Shown: positions 37,666-48,519 of the stretch, in pieces
Layout of the letters: the number at the start of each line of letters is the position of its first letter
How positions within the stretch are numbered: the first letter of the stretch is position 1
Virus record (IMG/VR): IMGVR_UViG_3300025138_000013
Length of the DNA: 64,000 nt
Strand: one strand, 5' to 3'
Source of the DNA: a virus
Notes under the pieces: model-generated
Database searches by the model: none
What the model was told of the DNA's origin: nothing
Seen by the model: the letters and a program-made list of their open reading frames with translations, nothing else
Made by a program: the position numbers and the translations under genes

Positions 37666-38111
37666 ACAGAGAAGTATTGAAAGAACAAATTAAAAGACAC
37701 GAAGGTGAGGTATTAGAAGTCTATGCAGACTCACTAGGATACTTAACTTTTGGTGTAGGACACCTAATTAAAGAAGGCGACCCCGAACATGGTAAACCAG
37801 TAGGAACACCAGTATCACAACAAAGAGTTGATGATATATATGATTATGATTTTGATAAACATGTTGCAGAAGCAATTCATGTTTTTGGTACAGAGGAAGC
37901 ATTTTATAATCTACCCGAAGATATACAACATGTATTAGTCAACATGACTTTTAACTTAGGTGCAACAAGACTAGGATACTTTAAAGGTATGATGGGTGCA
38001 GCTAGGTCTCATGATTGGAAAAAAATGGCATATGAAATGGAAGATTCCAAATGGTTTGGACAGGTCGGAAGACGTTCGAAAGAACTACAGGAGCTTGTAT
38101 TAAATGTCTAA
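37662..38111 (+). CDS. Lysozyme (GH24, T4-lysozyme-like)
   Basis: HEG..EVYADSLGYLTFGVGH (E/D/T triad), NMTFNLG, SKWFGQVGRR. Confidence 0.9.
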   Translation: MNREVLKEQIKRHEGEVLEVYADSLGYLTFGVGHLIKEGDPEHGKPVGTPVSQQRVDDIYDYDFDKHVAEAIHVFGTEEAFYNLPEDIQHVLVNMTFNLGATRLGYFKGMMGAARSHDWKKMAYEMEDSKWFGQVGRRSKELQELVLNV

Positions 38112-38370
38112 TCTTATCAAGTGCCTACGTTTAGAAAACGGAGACGTTGTTATTGGTAAAGTGAAAGAGTCATTTTTTAAATATACTGTAGAAGAAGCAC
38201 ATGCTTGTATCGTATCAGTAGAAGGGGAACAAATGGAAGTAGGTCTAGCTCCATGGATTCCTTATGCAAAGGATTTTACCTTTGACATATCAAAAGTCAG
38301 AGTAGTGACATGTTTTGAACCTAGACCAAACCTTGCAACAAACTACAAGGTTCTAACAGGAAATAAATAA
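38104..38370 (+). CDS. Hypothetical protein (Sm-like fold suspected)
   Basis: IKCLRLENGDVVIG...LAPWIPY. Confidence 0.7.
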   Translation: MSNLIKCLRLENGDVVIGKVKESFFKYTVEEAHACIVSVEGEQMEVGLAPWIPYAKDFTFDISKVRVVTCFEPRPNLATNYKVLTGNK

Positions 38371-38371
38371 T

Positions 38372-38608
38372 ATGGTAGATTTTATGGATAGAGTCTTAAT
38401 GGCTCAAGTACAAAACGCAAACGCTCAGATTGCAAAACACAAAATCAATGTTGAAGTGTTAACAAAAAATGCAAGTGGTACAGCAGACCACCCCGACCTT
38501 ATGGCTTCAGTTGAAAGTGAACTGAACAAGATAGGACACTGGGAAGAAATCAAATCTGTAATCAAAAAGAATTTCGACTTTGAGAGTAAAAAAACACTTG
38601 TAGAATAG
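38372..38608 (+). CDS. Hypothetical protein
   Basis: KHKINVEVL...G.ADHPDLMASVESEL. Confidence 0.7.
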   Translation: MVDFMDRVLMAQVQNANAQIAKHKINVEVLTKNASGTADHPDLMASVESELNKIGHWEEIKSVIKKNFDFESKKTLVE

Positions 38609-38632
38609 AAGACTTTCTGTTATAATAACAGT

Positions 38633-41125
38633 ATGGATTTTTATACTAATGTGTGTCGTACTCGCGACAAGATACTCGTAAAAGGTTACCAAGGTAAAAA
38701 ACAGGTTCAGATGTCTGTGGATTACCGTCCCAACCATTACGTCCCAACAAAGAAACCCTCTGCATTCAAGTCATTGGATGGAAAGAACCTTGAGGTTGTC
38801 AATCTCAGTTCAATGGGCGGTGCAAGAAAGTTCCGTGAGAAGTTTGCTGGAACAGCAGGGATGGAAATCCATGGATATGATAGATACATCTATACATATA
38901 TTGCAGACAAGTTTCAAGGTGATATCAAGTATGACCCAAAGGTCATCAAGATTGCAACACTCGACATTGAGTGTGAATGTGAAGATGGGTTCCCCGAACC
39001 CATGCAAGCTTTGGAAAAGGTCAATGCAATCACAATCAAACCGTTCAGATTCATGGCTCACACATTCGGGATTGGGCCGTGGGATGACAAACCAGCAAAC
39101 GTAACATATCATGAAGCACAGGATGAGAAAGACCTACTTGAACAATTCATCAAGTACTGGAGAAAAGAGAAGTTCGATATCATCACAGGCTGGAATGTTA
39201 ATACTTTTGATATTACTTATTTGTGTAATCGTGTCGACAGAGTCTTTGGTGCTGACTCACATAGAAAATTCTCACCATGGAACATGTGTGATGTCAGAGA
39301 ATTTAAAACCAATTGGGGCTCTCAACAACAGGTTTTTAATCTGTATGGAATCAATGTAATTGATTACCTAGAACTATACAAAAAACATACATTCGTAAAT
39401 CAAGAGTCCTACAGACTAGACCATATTGCTATGGTTGAACTGGGTAAGGCTAAGATTGATTACTCAGAAGAAGGTTCACTCCATCATTTATACAGACTAA
39501 ACTATTCCAAGTTCCTTGCATACAATGTAAAGGATGTTACCTTGGTAGAAGACCTAGAAGAGAAACTAGGATTGATGGAATTGATTCTTGCCATGTCTTA
39601 CAATGCAAAGTGTAACTACAATGATACATTTGGTATGGTCAAGTATTGGGAGACAATCATCTATAACTTCCTTAAGGAACAGAAGATTGCAACACCACCA
39701 CAGAGACTATCACAAACAAAAGGTGATAGAATTCAAGGTGCATACGTTAAAGAACCATTGGTGGGTAAACATGAATGGGTCGTTTCATTCGACTTGAACT
39801 CACTGTATCCACACATCATCATGCAGTACAATATCTCACCCGAGAAGATGCAGAGAGGATTGACAGACACATCCGTAGAGAAACTATTCAACAAAGAAAC
39901 AGTAGTTGATGGTGCATTCGGTATCACACCAAACGGTGCTAGATTCTCTAACGACAGACAAGGTTTCCTTCCCGAACTTATGCAGAAGTTCTATGACGAA
40001 CGTAAGATGTGGAAGGGTAAAATGATTGAGTATCAGAAGGAACTACAAACTTGTACAGACAGGAAACGTAAGAATGAACTCAACACATTAATCAAACGTT
40101 CTTACAACAACCAACAGGTTAGAAAGATTGCACTTAACTCAGCTTATGGTGCCTTGGCAAATCAATACTTTGCATTCTTTGACCCACAACTTGCAGAGGC
40201 AATCACATTGTCGGGTCAGTTGATTATCAAACATGCAGAGAAAACAATCAATGATTGGTTGAATACCACACTCAAGACAGATGAAGATTATGTTGTTGCA
40301 ATGGATACTGATTCTGTTTACATAACACTAGACAAACTGATACAGAAGGTAATGCCTAATGAAACTGATAAAACCAAAATCACAAACTTTATCGACTCAA
40401 TTGCAAAATCCCACATGGAAGAAGTTCTTGAAGAGGGCTTCAAAGAACTTGCAGAGTACACCAATGCCTACGAACAGAAGATGGAAATGGGGAGAGAGGT
40501 CATCGCAGACCGTGGGATTTGGACTGCAAAGAAAAGATACATCCTCAACGTCATCGACAACGAAGGAGTCAGACTAGCCGAACCCAAACTCAAGATGATG
40601 GGTATTGAGACTGCAAAGTCCAGTACACCACAATGGGTCAGAGGTAAACTTACAGATGCATTCAAGATTGTGATGCAAGGAACTGAAGAAGAACTATGGG
40701 ATTTTGTTGAAGGTGCTCGTATGGACTTCCGTAGGTTACCACCCGAAGAAATGTCTTCACCAAGAGGTTGTAATAATCTCGGACAGTATGCAGACCCAAC
40801 AATGATTTACACCAAGGGTACACCCATACACGTACGCGGTGCCTTACTTTACAATCATCATCTAAAACAAAAGAACATTCACAAACGTTATGAGTTGATT
40901 AAGAGTGGAGAGAAACTACACTTTACATATCTCACAACACCTAACCCAATCAACGAGAACGTCATATCTTTTCTAAACGTGTTACCAAGAGAAATGGATT
41001 TACACAAGTATTTGAATTATGACATGCAATTTGACAAGTCATTCATAGAACCACTGAAGGTGGTTATAGAAAAGATTGGCTGGAATGTCGAACCAGTTGC
41101 TTCGCTTGATTCGTTTTTCGGATAA
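38633..41125 (+). CDS. gp43: Family B DNA polymerase
   Basis: DIE exonuclease, SFDLNSLYPHII, KIALNSAYG, DTDS, C-terminal clamp peptide SLDSFFG. Confidence 0.98.
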   Translation: MDFYTNVCRTRDKILVKGYQGKKQVQMSVDYRPNHYVPTKKPSAFKSLDGKNLEVVNLSSMGGARKFREKFAGTAGMEIHGYDRYIYTYIADKFQGDIKYDPKVIKIATLDIECECEDGFPEPMQALEKVNAITIKPFRFMAHTFGIGPWDDKPANVTYHEAQDEKDLLEQFIKYWRKEKFDIITGWNVNTFDITYLCNRVDRVFGADSHRKFSPWNMCDVREFKTNWGSQQQVFNLYGINVIDYLELYKKHTFVNQESYRLDHIAMVELGKAKIDYSEEGSLHHLYRLNYSKFLAYNVKDVTLVEDLEEKLGLMELILAMSYNAKCNYNDTFGMVKYWETIIYNFLKEQKIATPPQRLSQTKGDRIQGAYVKEPLVGKHEWVVSFDLNSLYPHIIMQYNISPEKMQRGLTDTSVEKLFNKETVVDGAFGITPNGARFSNDRQGFLPELMQKFYDERKMWKGKMIEYQKELQTCTDRKRKNELNTLIKRSYNNQQVRKIALNSAYGALANQYFAFFDPQLAEAITLSGQLIIKHAEKTINDWLNTTLKTDEDYVVAMDTDSVYITLDKLIQKVMPNETDKTKITNFIDSIAKSHMEEVLEEGFKELAEYTNAYEQKMEMGREVIADRGIWTAKKRYILNVIDNEGVRLAEPKLKMMGIETAKSSTPQWVRGKLTDAFKIVMQGTEEELWDFVEGARMDFRRLPPEEMSSPRGCNNLGQYADPTMIYTKGTPIHVRGALLYNHHLKQKNIHKRYELIKSGEKLHFTYLTTPNPINENVISFLNVLPREMDLHKYLNYDMQFDKSFIEPLKVVIEKIGWNVEPVASLDSFFG

Positions 41126-41133
41126 ATACTAGT

Positions 41134-41616
41134 ATGGCATACTCAGATGAAGTAGTAAAACGATTCGAATCCGTTCTTGCAAACCCAAAAAAACACTCAG
41201 TTGGTTCACTAGATAGGAAAGACCCCAAGGTCGCAACAGGACTTGCAGGAGCTCCTGCTTGTGGTGATGTGATGCAACTTCAACTATTACTAGATGACAA
41301 CGAAAAAATTGTCGATGTAAAATTCAAGACTTACGGATGTGGAAGTGCAATTGCATCTTCGTCATTGTTCGTAGACATGATGATGGGTAAGACTATTGCA
41401 GAAGCAAAACTCATCAAGGACAAAGATATTGCAGAGGTGTTACAATTACCACCGATAAAATTACATTGCAGTGTACTAGCAGAAGACGCTATCAGACAAG
41501 CGATGGTGGACTATGAGACAAAACAAACAGAAGGTTATACACATCCTATTTTAGACCAATCAATGATAGGTCATAACAACCCGCCACCCCTTTCAAGAGA
41601 AGACTTCATCGAGTGA
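41134..41616 (+). CDS. iscU: Fe-S cluster scaffold IscU
   Basis: GAPACGDVM, FKTYGCGSAIASSS, LPPIKLHCSVLAEDAI. Confidence 0.95.
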   Translation: MAYSDEVVKRFESVLANPKKHSVGSLDRKDPKVATGLAGAPACGDVMQLQLLLDDNEKIVDVKFKTYGCGSAIASSSLFVDMMMGKTIAEAKLIKDKDIAEVLQLPPIKLHCSVLAEDAIRQAMVDYETKQTEGYTHPILDQSMIGHNNPPPLSREDFIE

Positions 41617-41637
41617 AGAAAAAAACTAAATAAGTTT

Positions 41638-42096
41638 ATGGCTATATTCAAACAAAGTGAATTTCACGTTAAGGTAACAAAAATCGTAGACGGCGATACA
41701 GTTGATGTCGATATCGACTTAGGCTTTTCTACAGTTCTAAAAAAACAAAGAGTGCGTCTTATGGGAATCGATACCCCCGAGTCACGTACAAGAGATTTAG
41801 TGGAGAAATTATTTGGTAAAGCATCTAAGAAACATCTTACACATCTTTTATCAGAAGGTGATATCACCCTCATTAGTCACGACAAAGGAAAATTCGGAAG
41901 AATACTTGGAGAGTTATTTGTTCATAACGAAGATGAGTCAGTCATCAATATCAATAAACAAATGATTCTTGACCATCATGCAGTAGAATATACTGGTGAG
42001 AACAAAGATACTACTACAGAACGTCACATGGAACATAGACAACTTCTTTTAGAGAAAGGAACTGTTACTCAAGAACAGATTGACGAGGTATCCTAG
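41638..42096 (+). CDS. Staphylococcal-nuclease-like (thermonuclease) protein
   Basis: VDGDTV, RVRLMGIDTPE, GKFGRILG. Confidence 0.9.
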   Translation: MAIFKQSEFHVKVTKIVDGDTVDVDIDLGFSTVLKKQRVRLMGIDTPESRTRDLVEKLFGKASKKHLTHLLSEGDITLISHDKGKFGRILGELFVHNEDESVININKQMILDHHAVEYTGENKDTTTERHMEHRQLLLEKGTVTQEQIDEVS

Positions 42097-42097
42097 A

Positions 42098-42277
42098 ATG
42101 ATTATCACCGCTATGGACTGTTTTTATATAGCAATGATATTAACTATATTCGGTTTTATAATGCATCTAGAAGTGTCAATGACTAAGTTAACATCAATGA
42201 TGAAAGAGCATACTAAGTTTGATATGAAGATGTCACAAGTTGGTAAACAGCTTACAAAAATAGAAAAAAAACTCTAA
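42098..42277 (+). CDS. Small membrane protein
   Basis: N-terminal TM plus basic coiled tail. Confidence 0.55.
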   Translation: MIITAMDCFYIAMILTIFGFIMHLEVSMTKLTSMMKEHTKFDMKMSQVGKQLTKIEKKL

Positions 42278-42337
42278 AACCCCCTTGCATAAACCCCGAA
42301 CATAGTCTATAATGGATATACATTATGGAGAAGTGTT

Positions 42338-43393
42338 ATGTCATTTATTAAAGATTTAGTAAAAGCATCGGGAAACGAATATGCAAATATTGTTTCGGAC
42401 GGTGTTGCAGCTGGAGATGTTGATACCTTTGTAGACACAGGTAGTCACATTTTCAATGCACTATTAAGTGGTTCACTATACGGTGGACTCCCCGACAACA
42501 AAATTACTGCAATCGCAGGAGAATCAGCAACAGGTAAAACTTACTTTGCATTAGGCATGGTAAAACAATTCCTATCTGATAACCCCGAATCTGCAGTTAT
42601 TTACTTTGAGTCTGAGTCAGCAATATCAAAAGATATGATTGAATCTAGAGGAATTGATTCCAATAGAATGGTAATCGTACCAGTTGTTACTGTACAAGAA
42701 TTCAGAAATCAAGCAATCAGCATACTAGATAAGTATGCAGAAACCCCAAAATCAAAACGTCCACCTATGATGATGTGTTTAGATTCACTTGGTATGTTAT
42801 CAACTACTAAAGAAATCGAAGATACTGCAGAAGGTAAAGAGACTAAAGATATGACGAGAGCCCAAGTAGTAAAAGGTGCATTCAGAGTATTGACTCTTAA
42901 ACTAGGACGTGTTGGTGTTCCTATGATAGTTACGAACCACACATATGATGTGATTGGTTCTATGTTCCCTCAGAAAGAAATGGGTGGTGGTAGTGGACTC
43001 AAGTACGCTGCATCATCAATCATTTATCTTTCAAAGAAGAAAGAGAAAGATGGAACAGAAGTTATTGGAAATATAATTCACTGTAAGAATGCAAAGTCAA
43101 GATTGACGGTTGAGAATAGAATAGTGGATGTTAGACTTTCTTATGAGAAAGGATTGGATAGGTACTATGGTCTATTAGACATGGCACTTGCATTTGGCGT
43201 CTTTACAAAAGAAGGAACTCGTGTTAAACTACCTACAGGTAAAACCGAATTCGGTAAGACAATTAATAACAATCCCGAGAAACACTTTACCCCCGAGGTA
43301 ATGGGACTTCTTGAAGAGAAAGCACAGGAATATTTCAAATATGGAAACAGTGAGACTAGAACAGACGATACTGAACAACCTAGTTCAGAGTGA
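42338..43393 (+). CDS. uvsX: RecA-like recombinase UvsX
   Basis: [26 protein letters not shown]. Confidence 0.96.
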   Translation: MSFIKDLVKASGNEYANIVSDGVAAGDVDTFVDTGSHIFNALLSGSLYGGLPDNKITAIAGESATGKTYFALGMVKQFLSDNPESAVIYFESESAISKDMIESRGIDSNRMVIVPVVTVQEFRNQAISILDKYAETPKSKRPPMMMCLDSLGMLSTTKEIEDTAEGKETKDMTRAQVVKGAFRVLTLKLGRVGVPMIVTNHTYDVIGSMFPQKEMGGGSGLKYAASSIIYLSKKKEKDGTEVIGNIIHCKNAKSRLTVENRIVDVRLSYEKGLDRYYGLLDMALAFGVFTKEGTRVKLPTGKTEFGKTINNNPEKHFTPEVMGLLEEKAQEYFKYGNSETRTDDTEQPSSE

Positions 43394-44738
43394 AGAGTTT
43401 ACAAGGAAGGTAATACCATTCCTTAAGGAAGAGTATTTCTCCGAGTCGGACGAGAAGACCGTGTTCAACGAAGTAGGTTCCTATTTCGATAAGTACACTA
43501 AACCACCTACAGTGGAAGCACTTCTCATAAATCTAGATAACAACTCGTCACTCAATGACAGTGTTTTATCTAGTGCAAAAACTATTGTAGATAGTATTAG
43601 TAAGGACAAAGAAGACACACCAATCGATTGGTTGGTGGAAGAGACTGAAAAGTGGTGTCAAGATAGAGCAATCTATATTGCAGTCATGGATAGTATCGAA
43701 GTCATCGACAAAAAGTCCCAACGCTCGACTGGGGAAATACCCGACCTTTTAAAAGAAGCTTTATCTGTATCGTTTGACACTAATATCGGTCACGATTTCA
43801 TTGAGAACTCAGACGATAGATTTGAATTCTATCACACTGAAGAAGAGAAACTTCCATTCGATTTAGAATACTTCAACAAAGTCACCAAAGGTGGATTACC
43901 AAACAAAACTTTAAACATATGTCTTGCTGGTACTGGTGTTGGTAAGTCATTATTCATGTGTCATATGGCATCTGCAAACTTAATGATGAACAAGAATGTG
44001 TTATACATTACATTAGAAATGTCAGAGGAAAGGATTGCAGAAAGAATCGATGCAAACACATTGAATATTCCTATGCAAGATTTACCCGACTTATCTAAGA
44101 AAATGTTTGATAAGAAGATTGACAAGATTAAAGAAAAGACTAAAGGTAAACTTATCGTAAAGGAATATCCAACTGCATCAGCTCATGTAGGTCACTTCAG
44201 ACATCTACTTCAAGAGTTGAATATCAAGAAAGATTTTAAACCCGATATGATTTATATCGACTATCTAAATATATGTTCAAGTGCAAGAGTCAAGCCAGGA
44301 GCTGGTGCAAACTCATACACATTAGTGAAGAGTATTGCAGAAGAACTTAGAGGACTTGCAGTTGAGTTTGATGTACCAATCATGAGTGCAACACAAACAA
44401 CACGTAGTGGTTATGGTTCTACAGATGTGGAACTAACAGATACTTCAGAATCATTTGGATTACCAGCGACTGCAGACTTTATGTTTGCACTGATTACATC
44501 CGATGAACTGGAAGAACTAGACCAAATGGTAGTAAAACAATTAAAGAATAGATACAATGACCCAACCGTATTTAAAAGGTTTGTCATAGGTGTCGACAGA
44601 AGTAGAATGAAACTCTATGACTGTGAACAAGAAGCACAGGAAGAACTCATTGACTCAGCAGTCAACGATGATGTTCCAGTGTTTGATAGAGGAAGAAATG
44701 ATGGACAGAAACGAGATTTCTCAGAATTCAAGGTCTGA
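43341..44738 (+). CDS. gp41: Replicative helicase
   Basis: [38 protein letters not shown]. Confidence 0.97.
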   Translation: METVRLEQTILNNLVQSEEFTRKVIPFLKEEYFSESDEKTVFNEVGSYFDKYTKPPTVEALLINLDNNSSLNDSVLSSAKTIVDSISKDKEDTPIDWLVEETEKWCQDRAIYIAVMDSIEVIDKKSQRSTGEIPDLLKEALSVSFDTNIGHDFIENSDDRFEFYHTEEEKLPFDLEYFNKVTKGGLPNKTLNICLAGTGVGKSLFMCHMASANLMMNKNVLYITLEMSEERIAERIDANTLNIPMQDLPDLSKKMFDKKIDKIKEKTKGKLIVKEYPTASAHVGHFRHLLQELNIKKDFKPDMIYIDYLNICSSARVKPGAGANSYTLVKSIAEELRGLAVEFDVPIMSATQTTRSGYGSTDVELTDTSESFGLPATADFMFALITSDELEELDQMVVKQLKNRYNDPTVFKRFVIGVDRSRMKLYDCEQEAQEELIDSAVNDDVPVFDRGRNDGQKRDFSEFKV

Positions 44739-45348
44739 CGATTTGTTATGGGGACATCCTATAACTGCAATACAAATAAATTCAGACCCAATTGATGAAT
44801 GGTTTAAAACCATAGACCTTGATGAGTTATGTAAAGAAGAATTTACATTTAGTAAATGTAAAACATCACAAGGAGTAGAAGACAATAACCATGTAGATTA
44901 CAATGTTGTAACTGATATTATTTTTGATAAGTTTACAACTTATCTAGAATCTCTAGGCCCAAAGGAAATGTTAAAAAGTGTATTAGAAGTTCCTTGGATT
45001 AACATATATGAAGAACATGGATTCCAAGATTCACATGACCATCAAGGCAGTAAGTTTTCTGATTTTGCATGGTGTTATGTACATCAAGCTGGTGACTCAC
45101 ATATTGTATTTAAGAACAAACATGCTTCTAATAGTGAAGTCTGTTTACAAGAATTTCTACAAGCTTACGACACCTCAGTAAATTATGTTCCATCCATAAA
45201 AGGTAAAGGAACCGTATACTTTTTCCCAGCACATATCTATCATGCAGTATCACCAAACTTAAGTACTACTCCTAGGATAACAATATCGGGAAACATTAGA
45301 ATAAAGGGAACTGGTGTCTTGAGAATTGGAGAAACTAAATTAACATAA
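44698..45348 (+). CDS. 2OG-Fe(II) oxygenase
   Basis: WINIY...HDH, FFPAHIYHAVSPN, RITISGN. Confidence 0.82.
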   Translation: MMDRNEISQNSRSDDLLWGHPITAIQINSDPIDEWFKTIDLDELCKEEFTFSKCKTSQGVEDNNHVDYNVVTDIIFDKFTTYLESLGPKEMLKSVLEVPWINIYEEHGFQDSHDHQGSKFSDFAWCYVHQAGDSHIVFKNKHASNSEVCLQEFLQAYDTSVNYVPSIKGKGTVYFFPAHIYHAVSPNLSTTPRITISGNIRIKGTGVLRIGETKLT

Positions 45349-45377
45349 TTTATAGATGCTATAAATACTATTATATT

Positions 45378-45554
45378 ATGACTACTAACTTGAAATCAAC
45401 AGACGTGATAAGTGCAATTGAGGAAAAGATTGCACTGAAGAAGAAACTCCGAGAAGCTAAAAGAAAACATGATGACTCGGCCTCAAAGAAATTATCAAAA
45501 AAAATTGATAAAATTGACGATAAATTACATTCGACACCGCTCTCTAAACCATAA
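45378..45554 (+). CDS. Small basic coiled-coil protein (58 aa, not in ORF track)
   Basis: After TATAAATA at 45360; MTTNLKSTDVISAIEEKIALKKKLREAKRK. Confidence 0.6.
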   Translation: MTTNLKSTDVISAIEEKIALKKKLREAKRKHDDSASKKLSKKIDKIDDKLHSTPLSKP

Positions 45555-45584
45555 ATAATTACGTAAACACATACGGAGTTATAC

Positions 45585-45974
45585 ATGTCAGAACTTACAG
45601 ACCTACTTGCAGTTCAAACTGCAGCTAAAAACAAATTACTAAATCAATTAGATTGGCATAATGGAGTCGATAAGACTTATTTTGTAGGTGAATCTAAATC
45701 AGATACAACTCCAGCAGAGTGGAATGGAGCTGGTAGAAAGGCCTTCTTAATTTGGCATAATGCACAGGGTGTAAACGAAAACGATTTAGACCAACAGTTT
45801 GTAGACATGTATGCAGAAATGCAATCAACAGATAACTCTTCTCCATCAAATGACTTCCAATATAATTCAGAACTCGTATCAACCATTCAAGGTTCAATAG
45901 ATTCGTATACAGCAGACATGGCTAACATCCAAGCAAGAATCGACGCAGGTGACACAACTATAGCAGACAGCTAA
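45585..45974 (+). CDS. Hypothetical late protein
   Basis: CATAAATA and GGAG upstream. Confidence 0.7.
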   Translation: MSELTDLLAVQTAAKNKLLNQLDWHNGVDKTYFVGESKSDTTPAEWNGAGRKAFLIWHNAQGVNENDLDQQFVDMYAEMQSTDNSSPSNDFQYNSELVSTIQGSIDSYTADMANIQARIDAGDTTIADS

Positions 45975-46025
45975 AAAATGCATAAATAGTAGACAAGGAC
46001 ACCATTTTGGTGTATAATACCTACT

Positions 46026-47228
46026 ATGAGTGCAAAAAACTTACATTTAGAACATCTAGAAGACGAAATCATCAATCAAGGAATTGATGGTGGTCGTGGT
46101 GCAATTAACTTTCTTCAAGGTTTAAGAGACATGATGAAGGGCAATTCTTCTAGTTCTGTAAACATGACTGTTAAATGGGATGGAGCTCCTGCAATCTTTT
46201 GTGGAAGACATCCCGAAACAAATCAATTTTTTGTTGCAAAGAAATCATTATTCAATAAGACACCATTGTTCTATACTTCTGAACATGATATAAAAAATGC
46301 AGAAGAACTAAGTGGACAACTCAAAGAGAAATTCTTAACATCATTCAAATATCTATCTAAACTATCTTGGTCAAATGTCATGCAAGGTGACTTGATGTAT
46401 ACAAACGATAAGAAAACACAAAAGATAGATGGTAAATCATTCATAACATTTCAACCAAACACAATCTTATATGCAGTTGACGAAACCTCAAACCTTGGTA
46501 AAGTTATAGCTGGTTCTAAGATGGGTATTGTATTCCATACCACATACGAGGGTAGTACTATAGAAGGATTGGGTGCATCATTTGGTGCAAACATATCTAA
46601 GTTAGGTTCTAGTAGTGATGTATGGATAGATGATGCATCATACAAAGATGTCAGTGGTAATAGTTCAATGACTTCAAAGGAGACACTCAAACTAACACAA
46701 GAGTTGACTGCAACAGGTAAAGCATTCCACGGTATCACTAAGAAAGACCTACAGAAGTTCCAAGACATACAGATGACTATCACAAAGAAAGGTGCTGGTG
46801 CATCCTATAAGACTTACTGCAACTCATTAATCAGACAAGGTAAGTTCAATCCATCATTCGATGGTTACATTAAACACTTTGAAGGATATTGGAAAGATAA
46901 AGTTGTTGGTGGTGTTAAAACAGAGAAACACAAATTAATTAAAACAGAGATTGGTGAAGACCTTTCAAGAGAACTTAGAGGTCTTAAAAAGTTTATTACT
47001 AATCTCACTAGTTTCATGGGTCACTTGGTAGTTGCAAAACAGATTATTATTGTTGCCCTAAATAGAGTAAAGAGTATCGGAACATTCAAAAAGACTGCAA
47101 ACGGATTCGAAGCAGTTAACCCCGAAGGTTACGTTGCAATCGACAGAACAGGTAAAGCTGTTAAACTTGTAGACCGTATGGAATTTGCATTTAACAACTT
47201 CACTGCAATCAAAAATTGGGATAAGTAA
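46026..47228 (+). CDS. Conserved phage protein with ATP-dependent ligase-like motifs
   Basis: TVKWDG (motif I KxDG), QGDL, PEGYV (IV), VKLVDR (V). Confidence 0.6.
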   Translation: MSAKNLHLEHLEDEIINQGIDGGRGAINFLQGLRDMMKGNSSSSVNMTVKWDGAPAIFCGRHPETNQFFVAKKSLFNKTPLFYTSEHDIKNAEELSGQLKEKFLTSFKYLSKLSWSNVMQGDLMYTNDKKTQKIDGKSFITFQPNTILYAVDETSNLGKVIAGSKMGIVFHTTYEGSTIEGLGASFGANISKLGSSSDVWIDDASYKDVSGNSSMTSKETLKLTQELTATGKAFHGITKKDLQKFQDIQMTITKKGAGASYKTYCNSLIRQGKFNPSFDGYIKHFEGYWKDKVVGGVKTEKHKLIKTEIGEDLSRELRGLKKFITNLTSFMGHLVVAKQIIIVALNRVKSIGTFKKTANGFEAVNPEGYVAIDRTGKAVKLVDRMEFAFNNFTAIKNWDK

Positions 47229-48511
47229 TGAAAGAATTCGGTAAATTTTTAACAGAAGCAAAAGACAAGGGTGTTGTATTTACATTCGGTAGATTCAACC
47301 CACCCACAACAGGTCATGCAAAATTAGTAGACAAGCTTAAAAAAGAAACCAGCGGTGGTTATCAACCAATGCTTTTCTCATCTCATTCAAACGACAAAAA
47401 GAAAAATCCATTAGACCATAAACTCAAAGTAAAATATCTTAAGAAATTCTTTGGTAAGATAGTTGCAGATGTACAAGCACGTACTGTATTTGAGATTGCA
47501 AATGAATTACATAAACAAAATTTCAAACGTGTTAAGATGGTAGTTGGTTCAGACAGAATTAAAGAATTTGAAATGTTACTGAAGAAGTACAACGGAGTTA
47601 AAGCAAGGCACGGCTACTATAAATTTGATGATATACAAATTGTATCAGCAGGGGAGAGAGACCCCGATGCAGATGACCTAAGTGGAATGAGTGCATCTAA
47701 ATTAAGAGCTCTTGCAGAAGTCGGTGATTTTAAAGCATTTGCACAAGGTGTTCCGACTAGGAATAAAAAAGATATTGAACAACTATACAAAGACATCCGT
47801 AGAGGGATGGGAATTGTTGAGTCATCTTTACCCGACTATATGATTGAAGATTTAATTACTGAAGGAGTCTATGACCAAGGAACATTCAAAGCAGTGTTTT
47901 TCTCGGGTGGCCCAGGCAGTGGTAAGTCAACAGTGGTACAAAAGTTATCACTAAAGGCATTAGGACTGAAGATGGTAAACACCGATGCAGCTTTTGAAAA
48001 TGGATTAAAAAAGGCAGGAATGTCACTTGATTTACGTGGTGCAGACTTTGATAAAGTTGACCCTATTCGTGCAAAAGCAAAGAGTATCACTACAAAGAAT
48101 ATGAACAACTATATTGGTGGTAGACTTGGAATGATATTTGATACTACTAGTGCAAACATTGCTAAAGTACAGAAATATAAGAAGTCATTAGATGCATTAG
48201 GATATGAATCTAAAATGATATACGTAAGTGCATCACTAGACAATGCACAAAAGAGAAATGCATCAAGACCTAGAAAATTACCAGCTGAGATAGTAAAATC
48301 AGATTGGGAAAAATCTAGAAAGAATGCAGCTGCACTGAAAAAAATCTTTAGTAGAGATTATATAGAAGTCACAAACGATGAAGGATTAAAGGAACTAGAT
48401 AAAGCTGCAACTAAGATGTACACAAAATTACTTGGTTGGACTGGTGCATTCCCAAGTAATAAGAAAGCACTTGCATGGAAACAAGCAGAACTGGATGCTA
48501 AAAAACGATAA
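47228..48511 (+). CDS. Cytidylyltransferase-family nucleotidyltransferase fused to a P-loop kinase
   Basis: FGRFNPPTTGH, VGSDR, MSASKLR; second domain GGPGSGKS, IFDTT, KRNASRPR. Confidence 0.85.
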   Translation: MKEFGKFLTEAKDKGVVFTFGRFNPPTTGHAKLVDKLKKETSGGYQPMLFSSHSNDKKKNPLDHKLKVKYLKKFFGKIVADVQARTVFEIANELHKQNFKRVKMVVGSDRIKEFEMLLKKYNGVKARHGYYKFDDIQIVSAGERDPDADDLSGMSASKLRALAEVGDFKAFAQGVPTRNKKDIEQLYKDIRRGMGIVESSLPDYMIEDLITEGVYDQGTFKAVFFSGGPGSGKSTVVQKLSLKALGLKMVNTDAAFENGLKKAGMSLDLRGADFDKVDPIRAKAKSITTKNMNNYIGGRLGMIFDTTSANIAKVQKYKKSLDALGYESKMIYVSASLDNAQKRNASRPRKLPAEIVKSDWEKSRKNAAALKKIFSRDYIEVTNDEGLKELDKAATKMYTKLLGWTGAFPSNKKALAWKQAELDAKKR

Positions 48512-48519
48512 ATAGTATT

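Noticed and set aside
45371-45586. Minus-strand 71-aa ORF as the gene in this gap
   Set aside because: A + strand 58-aa ORF (45378-45554) directly follows a perfect late box
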